NCBI RefSeq assembly: GCF_000619845.1
Contig: NZ_KK211037.1
Coordinates: 352,979 to 384,978, forward strand
Direction: 5' to 3'
Length of the DNA stretch: 32,000 nucleotides
From: Alkanindiges illinoisensis DSM 15370
GTDB lineage: Bacteria; Pseudomonadota; Gammaproteobacteria; Pseudomonadales; Moraxellaceae
Below are positions 27,371 through 32,000 of this stretch, one piece after another; position 1 is the first letter of the stretch; each line of letters opens with the position of its first letter. The notes beneath the pieces are model-generated. The model was given only the letters and a program-made list of their open reading frames with translations. It was not told where the DNA came from and searched no databases. The position numbers were made by a program, and so were the translations under genes.

Positions 27371-27790
27371 ATGGTTGTTCACAAAGCTGTAGGGCGATTT
27401 GCTGTTAAGCAGAAAATTGATTTCAAATACTATTTTGAAATCACAGGATTTGAAAAAGTCTCAGGTACCGGCAGCATTATTATTGATAGTAAAACCTGGA
27501 CACAAGAAAGTATTAAAAAATCAATTAATAAGTTTGTTTTAGCACAAGTAAATGAATTTTTAGTAAATAAAAACATTACTCAGACTTCCAACTTTGGAGT
27601 AGATACCGGTATTGAAATACTAGCGGTGCATGAGCCTACGATAGCGCAGCGTCTTACTGAGCATGGTGGTAAGGCTCAGGTTACCAGCCAAAAGTACATT
27701 GTGTTTATAGTAGGGCTTGCCATAGTAATCATGTCCTTTCTTGTTCTATGTATGAATCACTATTCTTTCGCGTTTAACTCTTTCAAGTGA
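27371..27790 (+). CDS. Hypothetical tail-anchored membrane protein
   Basis: 139 aa with a single C-terminal hydrophobic helix (YIVFIVGLAIVIMSFLVLCM). Its ATG overlaps (TAATG) the stop of a 34-codon ORF that encodes a lipoprotein-type signal peptide. Confidence 0.45.
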   Translation: MVVHKAVGRFAVKQKIDFKYYFEITGFEKVSGTGSIIIDSKTWTQESIKKSINKFVLAQVNEFLVNKNITQTSNFGVDTGIEILAVHEPTIAQRLTEHGGKAQVTSQKYIVFIVGLAIVIMSFLVLCMNHYSFAFNSFK

Positions 27791-28047
27791 AATAAAGTTA
27801 GATAATAACTTGACGTAACCAATATCTTACTTAAAAAATAGACGAGTAAATGTTTTAATAATATAGATGATATTAAATCTATCAGTATCTAATTAATATT
27901 ACAGTTAATAAATTTATTAGAAAAATTGTTCTATCTTTAAACTGATATGTCATAAAAAATCTTTAGAGAAGTTACGAACTACTCGTAAAAACAAGTGTAT
28001 ATTACAAAGTGATAAAAAATCTACCTTATTATTATATCGAGTATTTA

Positions 28048-28656
28048 ATGCCGCATCCTACGAGATTCTCGTATGCAAGCACATCCACTGCTTTACCTTC
28101 TACAATTAAGGATCATCTGGTTAGTATAACTAGAAATGCTGAAACTAATACCGTCCGTGGAGAAATGGCCGGTATTTTGATTTACGGGAATAAATGTTTT
28201 TTTCATTGCATTGAAGCACCTGCCTCAACAATTAACAGAATTTATAACGAAGCTGTTCAGAATCCACTTGACCAACGGTTTGAATTATTAAAACGTGAGT
28301 TAATTTCAGAGCGTTATTTTAAAGGCTGGGAAATTAAATATTTTGTTCGGGAAAAAGCACTACAAGAGTTTTTTCTTGAGCATTATGGAAAGCATGAATT
28401 TGATCCTTACATGCTTGAAGGAAATCGCCTTGATGCCTTTATTAAGCTACTGGCACGTCCGAAGCATGAGCGATTGTCAGGATTTCCTTGCCCTACAGAG
28501 GCTTCCATATTCGCAGGCAGTTCAAGTTCAGGCCGATTGCTAAATACCCATTACATTGGCTTTATGATAATGGTAGCCATCCTTATTTTTTTATTTTACC
28601 TCATGATGGATCACTACATGGGCTGGGATACTTTTCAGAGCATATATCGCTCATAA
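28048..28656 (+). CDS. BLUF-like domain protein with a C-terminal transmembrane anchor
   Basis: It aligns by eye to the BLUF pattern: RFSYAS (compare LIYxS), MAGILIY (GITGLL), FFHCIEA (FxQxLEG, with Gln replaced by His), DQRF (DxRH) and RYFKGWEIKY (RxFxxWxM). The C-terminal helix is IGFMIMVAILIFLFYLMM. I prefer the ATG at 28048 over the GTG at 28009. Confidence 0.6.
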   Translation: MPHPTRFSYASTSTALPSTIKDHLVSITRNAETNTVRGEMAGILIYGNKCFFHCIEAPASTINRIYNEAVQNPLDQRFELLKRELISERYFKGWEIKYFVREKALQEFFLEHYGKHEFDPYMLEGNRLDAFIKLLARPKHERLSGFPCPTEASIFAGSSSSGRLLNTHYIGFMIMVAILIFLFYLMMDHYMGWDTFQSIYRS

Positions 28657-28699
28657 AATGAAAACTCCTAAAATAAGGGTATAGGGATTTTGACCATAT

Positions 28700-28975
28700 C
28701 CTTATCAAATCCAAATTAAGTCGCCGTATTGCATTACTTGAGGAGCGCTTGAATATTCATTTAATTTAGCGGTCATCCCGACAGTTTAAGGCTATCGGAA
28801 CCGGACAGCAGTGTTATTAATATTGTTAGGCAATGCTTGCTGAAGCCAAGGCTGGACAAGAGTTTATCGATTCCCATATTGATGAACCACAGGGTCTTAT
28901 TCGGATGAGTTGTCCCCACCATTGCTGTATTCCCAGATCAAGGATATGCTTGCATTACTCCTTAACAACCCCCTT
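28700..28975 (+). pseudogene. LysR-family regulator remnant (end of HTH plus linker) with in-frame stops
   Basis: Frame 3 reads IKSKLSRRIALLEERLNIHLI*RSSRQFKAIGTGQQCY*YC*AMLAEAKAGQEFIDSHIDEPQGLIRMSCP. This matches the LysR pattern KSKLSRRIaqLEerLgvrLlqRtTRqf..TevG..yy..c..mlaEa.aa.e.i......P.G.vRvSCP. The stops are at 28767, 28818 and 28827. The N-terminus and the effector domain are absent. Confidence 0.75.
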
Positions 28976-29002
28976 TAAATTCCTAAGCCCCAAAGTTTTT
29001 AA

Positions 29003-29299
29003 TCATCGCGCTTGGCTGTAAGGGAATGGGTAATCGTGCAGCTCTAGGGTAATCAATAGTTGCCAGATAAAATCCTGCGTGGTTGGCGACATTTGCAGGG
29101 TAGCAAACACAGGCGTGCTGGCACCTTTAATATCAATTCGAATGTTCCTGCTTGAGTGTTCCTGCTGTGATTTTACCTCTATATTGGTTTTTGCTTCTGT
29201 ACGGCATGCATCAAGCCCCAACATTATGCAGACAATCGATAAGCCCGTGCGGATAAGGGCTTGACAATTTTTAATGAAACATTTGATACTTTGCGCCAA
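29003..29299 (-). pseudogene. Probable 3'-truncated cyclophilin-like-fold protein gene
   Basis: IRIDIKGASTPVFATLQMSPTTQDFIWQLLITLELHDY fits my recollection of the family pattern (I.I..G...F.ATL.dN.ta.dF...LPlTL.m.D). The C-terminal half, about 60-70 aa, is missing, and the ORF stops 28 nt from the LysR remnant. Confidence 0.4.
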
Positions 29300-29348
29300 C
29301 CGTGTCCGTCAAGAGATTAGCTGCTTGGGCAAACCATTACACCGCAAG

Positions 29349-30353
29349 ATGATTCCAGAGACTTATGTGCAATTGCTATTTGAGTATCTGGAAGCGCAGG
29401 GCCATGACCCTGAAAGCGTACTGGGTGAACCATGGCCTGTACCTGATGTGCAAGGACTTGGCGGTATGCCTGTAGCGCACTGGGATCAGCTTTTAGAAAC
29501 TGCAAAACAGCATTTGAATGATCCCCTTATTGGTTTGCATGTAGGACAAACCATTACTGCCCGGCATCTGGGCATTCTGGGTTCGGTGCTGCTGGCCTGC
29601 GATAATTTTGGCGCACTCATGCAGCGTTTTGAGCGTTATCAGCGGCTGATTTTTGATGTTGTGCCTGCAAGCATTGATATTGGGCCAGCGTATATTGAAT
29701 TAACCTGGGATATTCAGGACTATCAAGCTGGGGGCTTGGTGGATGAAACAGGACGGACGGTGATGGTGCAGTTTTGCCGTAGCCTGATTCGGGGCACTAC
29801 TTCATTGCTGGCCGTGCATTTTATTCATGAGCAGCCCGCTGACATTAAGCCCTATGAAGACTATTTTGGTTGTCCGGTGTTATTTGAGCAGCCTAAACCG
29901 CTGTTGCGTTTTGGCCTGAATATGCTGAGCTTGCCATTAAAAAGCCCTGATCCTGCATTGATTGCCGTGCTGGATCAGCATGCTGATCAGTTGTTGGCCA
30001 AATTGCCTCAGGTAGAAGAAATCGTTGAGCAGATAAGGAAGCATATCGCCTATTTGCTGCATCAGGGTGAACCTGATATTGCACAACTGGCAGACTTGCT
30101 GTGTTGTTCACGCCGCACCTTGCAACGACGCTTGATGGAAGCAGGAACCAGTTTTCGGCATGAATTAAATACGGTAAGGCACGAGCTGGCACGATCTTAT
30201 TTACAGGACCCCAGATTGCAAATTGTCGACATTGCCTTATTGCTGGGTTATTCCGAACATAGTGCATTCACCCGTGCCTACAAGGAGTGGACAGGCCACA
30301 CACCTCAGCAGGAGCGTGAATCACATGTCAAAGATAGTCTTAAAAACATGTGA
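29349..30353 (+). CDS. AraC family transcriptional regulator (same subgroup as 10935-11945)
   Basis: The C-terminal HTH is IALLLGYSEHSAFTRAYKEWTGHTPQQ and the N-terminal region is DPLIGLHVGQ. I chose the start at MIPETYVQLL (29349) rather than 29274. Confidence 0.85.
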   Translation: MIPETYVQLLFEYLEAQGHDPESVLGEPWPVPDVQGLGGMPVAHWDQLLETAKQHLNDPLIGLHVGQTITARHLGILGSVLLACDNFGALMQRFERYQRLIFDVVPASIDIGPAYIELTWDIQDYQAGGLVDETGRTVMVQFCRSLIRGTTSLLAVHFIHEQPADIKPYEDYFGCPVLFEQPKPLLRFGLNMLSLPLKSPDPALIAVLDQHADQLLAKLPQVEEIVEQIRKHIAYLLHQGEPDIAQLADLLCCSRRTLQRRLMEAGTSFRHELNTVRHELARSYLQDPRLQIVDIALLLGYSEHSAFTRAYKEWTGHTPQQERESHVKDSLKNM

Positions 30354-30373
30354 TTAAGGCTATTCAGGTACTG

Positions 30374-30399
30374 TATCCAGATCAGCATCAATCTGGATA
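30374..30399. terminator. Hairpin between convergent AraC and SDR genes (weak terminator candidate)
   Basis: TATCCAGAT-CAGCATCA-ATCTGGATA is a 9-bp perfect stem. On the + strand only a weak T tract follows (ATATGTTTTG). Confidence 0.35.
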
Positions 30400-30423
30400 A
30401 TATGTTTTGACCTAAAATGTAAA

Positions 30424-31260
30424 TCAACCATGCTGTTTTGCATCAATCTGCATGGTTTTTTTCAGATCTTTACGGTTAAAACCAATCAATTCAATGAGGT
30501 TACGAAGCAACCCTGGCGCACGGGCAACCAAAGTATTGGCTTTAGGCACAATTACAATATCACGGCGCCGTTCAATAGCATCTACCAGCCCAGCCACCAC
30601 GTCTTCAATGGGAACGTATTTCCAGATACCGGTATTGCCACTCCAGACGGCTTGACCGGCAGGATCAGCTTGTACTGCTTCCATCATCGGGGTTTGAAAG
30701 AAGGTTGGATGCAGGCTGCCTACACCGACGCCCAAATGCTTGAGTTCTAAACGCAGACTATCACATAAGGCCCATACACCCGCTTTGCTGGCAGTATAAT
30801 GGGTATTAAGTGGTGAATGGACAAAGGCTGCCATGGACGATACGGCCAGCAAATAACCGCGATTATTCTTAACATAAGGTAAGGCAGCCCTAAAGGTGCG
30901 GAATACCCCGACAAGATTAATGTCAATGGTACGTTCAAAAGTTTTGGGATCGATATGCTCCAGTGACTCTGTTGAGCCAATGCCGGCATTGGCAATCACC
31001 ACGTCAATCCTGCCAAAATGCTGCGTCACTTCTGCCATCGCAGTTTCCAGACTTTCTAGCGAGCGAACATCGGCTACCCAGCCCTTAGCCACCTGATCAC
31101 TCCCTAATACGCTGGCTTGCGCAGTCACACTGGTGAGATCAAGATCCAGTAGTGCTAGCTTAGCCCCTTTACCAGACAGTGCCTGTGCCGCAGCTTGCCC
31201 AAGACCACCGGTTGAGCCGGTAATCACAATCACTTTATTTTTGAGTTGATATTTACTCAT
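30424..31260 (-). CDS. Short-chain dehydrogenase/reductase (SDR) family oxidoreductase
   Basis: It has the cofactor motif TGSTGGLG, the NAG motif (VIANAGIG) and the catalytic S...YTASK. Confidence 0.9.
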   Translation of the reverse strand: MSKYQLKNKVIVITGSTGGLGQAAAQALSGKGAKLALLDLDLTSVTAQASVLGSDQVAKGWVADVRSLESLETAMAEVTQHFGRIDVVIANAGIGSTESLEHIDPKTFERTIDINLVGVFRTFRAALPYVKNNRGYLLAVSSMAAFVHSPLNTHYTASKAGVWALCDSLRLELKHLGVGVGSLHPTFFQTPMMEAVQADPAGQAVWSGNTGIWKYVPIEDVVAGLVDAIERRRDIVIVPKANTLVARAPGLLRNLIELIGFNRKDLKKTMQIDAKQHG

Positions 31261-31302
31261 AACGTATTCCCCCTACGATATTAATGAATTAGGCGTGTTT
31301 AA

Positions 31303-32000
31303 TTAGCGAACAGGAACTGTATGTTTAAGAAAGTTGATCTGGTCCTGTACCACATGCTCAAACGCATCACCAACATAAATATCGAAGTGACCATAATCAT
31401 AGCGTTTAATGTCCTTGCATGGAGTACGCTTGGCATGCCGTAAGGTGGCTTTAGCGGGGGCAACCGTATCGGGATCACAGATACAGAACAACACAGGGGC
31501 TTTGATCTTGGGGGTACTGCGGCCAGGATAGTAGCGAATAATATCCAAGGCAAAACGGGCAGCCACAAAGTTCTTGTAGTCTGGGTCACACTGGGTCAGT
31601 GCTGTCAAACCTAACATGGCATCTGGGGCATTCATCAGGGCCATTTCGCCAGGATAGGCTGACAAAGGCACCATTACTGGTGCTTGGCCAAATGCGGCAC
31701 CAACCCGGTCACGGATTGCCAGTGCAGTGAGCTTGACTGAGGTGACAGGATGCATTACCAGACTGGAGGCCAGACCATCAGTAAATGGACATTGTGAAAC
31801 CACTGCTGCTAGTTTCGGTTCAGAGGCTGCAGTTGCCAGTACATGTCCACCGGAAAACGAGGAACCCCATAGAATGACTTTTTTTGGGTCTATATCAGGC
31901 AGACTGCGTGCATAGACAATCGCGGCCTTCCAATCTTCTAGCTGTTTATTGATGTCAAGCAGTTGGCGTGGTTCACCTTCGCTATCACCAAAGTGACGGT
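31303..32000 (-). CDS. Alpha/beta hydrolase fold protein; 5' end lies outside the window
   Basis: The frame stays open upstream of the ORF-track start to the window edge (RHFGDSEGEPRQLLDINKQLEDWKAAIVYARSLPDIDPKKVILWGSSFSGGHVLATAA...). It has a nucleophile-elbow-like SFSGG motif and a C-terminal GHFDIY region with His. Confidence 0.75.
   Translation of the reverse strand, partial: RHFGDSEGEPRQLLDINKQLEDWKAAIVYARSLPDIDPKKVILWGSSFSGGHVLATAASEPKLAAVVSQCPFTDGLASSLVMHPVTSVKLTALAIRDRVGAAFGQAPVMVPLSAYPGEMALMNAPDAMLGLTALTQCDPDYKNFVAARFALDIIRYYPGRSTPKIKAPVLFCICDPDTVAPAKATLRHAKRTPCKDIKRYDYGHFDIYVGDAFEHVVQDQINFLKHTVPVR

Noticed and set aside
28833-29021. 62-aa ORF in the track
   Set aside because: It is the downstream piece of the decayed LysR reading frame (same frame, preceded by three stops), not an independent gene.
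29274-29348. N-terminal 25-codon extension of the AraC ORF (MKHLILCANRVRQEISCLGKPLHRK)
   Set aside because: It overlaps the divergent ORF and promoter region. Family members, including the paralogue at 10935, begin close to the MIPETYVQLL-type segment.
1-32000. tRNA or rRNA genes, CRISPR arrays, intact IS elements, integrases and complete defence systems
   Set aside because: I scanned intergenic regions on both strands by eye. I found no T-loop/acceptor-like sequences, repeat-spacer arrays, terminal inverted repeats or transposase/integrase-length ORFs. The only defence-associated domains seen are a truncated helicase and an orphan nuclease-like ORF, and they are 17 kb apart.

Overview
This looks like a chromosomal segment from an Acinetobacter-like (Moraxellaceae) gammaproteobacterium. 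That guess rests on the IF-1, Asd, FimV and TruA protein sequences and the asd-fimV-truA synteny. All calls come from reading the ORF translations and the DNA by eye; no searches or computations were run. Most of the window is ordinary core genome: recB (3' end)-recD, a hemerythrin-like gene, a catalase-related gene, divergent serA and D-2-hydroxyglutarate-dehydrogenase-like genes, infA, two AraC-family regulators, truA, an asparaginase-family gene, fimV, asd, an EEP-family phosphoesterase, a GT4 glycosyltransferase, lpxL, a lipoprotein, uup, an SDR and an alpha/beta hydrolase. The features most worth a second look are: (1) an unannotated Rsm/CsrB-type sRNA at about 19364-19553, with a perfect GacA box upstream, about 10 GGA motifs and an intrinsic terminator, where the ORF track shows a spurious 111-aa ORF; (2) a 12-bp x 7 in-frame tandem array in the 5' part of recD in which every unit is a DnaA-box-like 9-mer; (3) a roughly 0.9-kb AT-rich islet (7380-8280) carrying an orphan ORF with a PD-(D/E)xK-like nuclease motif and an upstream in-frame stop; (4) a roughly 4.8-kb AT-rich, partly decayed accessory patch (24.5-29.3 kb). 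The patch holds an N-terminally truncated Lhr-like helicase, a LysR remnant with three in-frame stops, a truncated cyclophilin-like gene, a csp gene, small hypothetical genes, and a tail-anchored BLUF-like protein that lacks the photoactive Gln. I found no CRISPR array, tRNA or rRNA gene, intact IS element or recognisable complete defence system.
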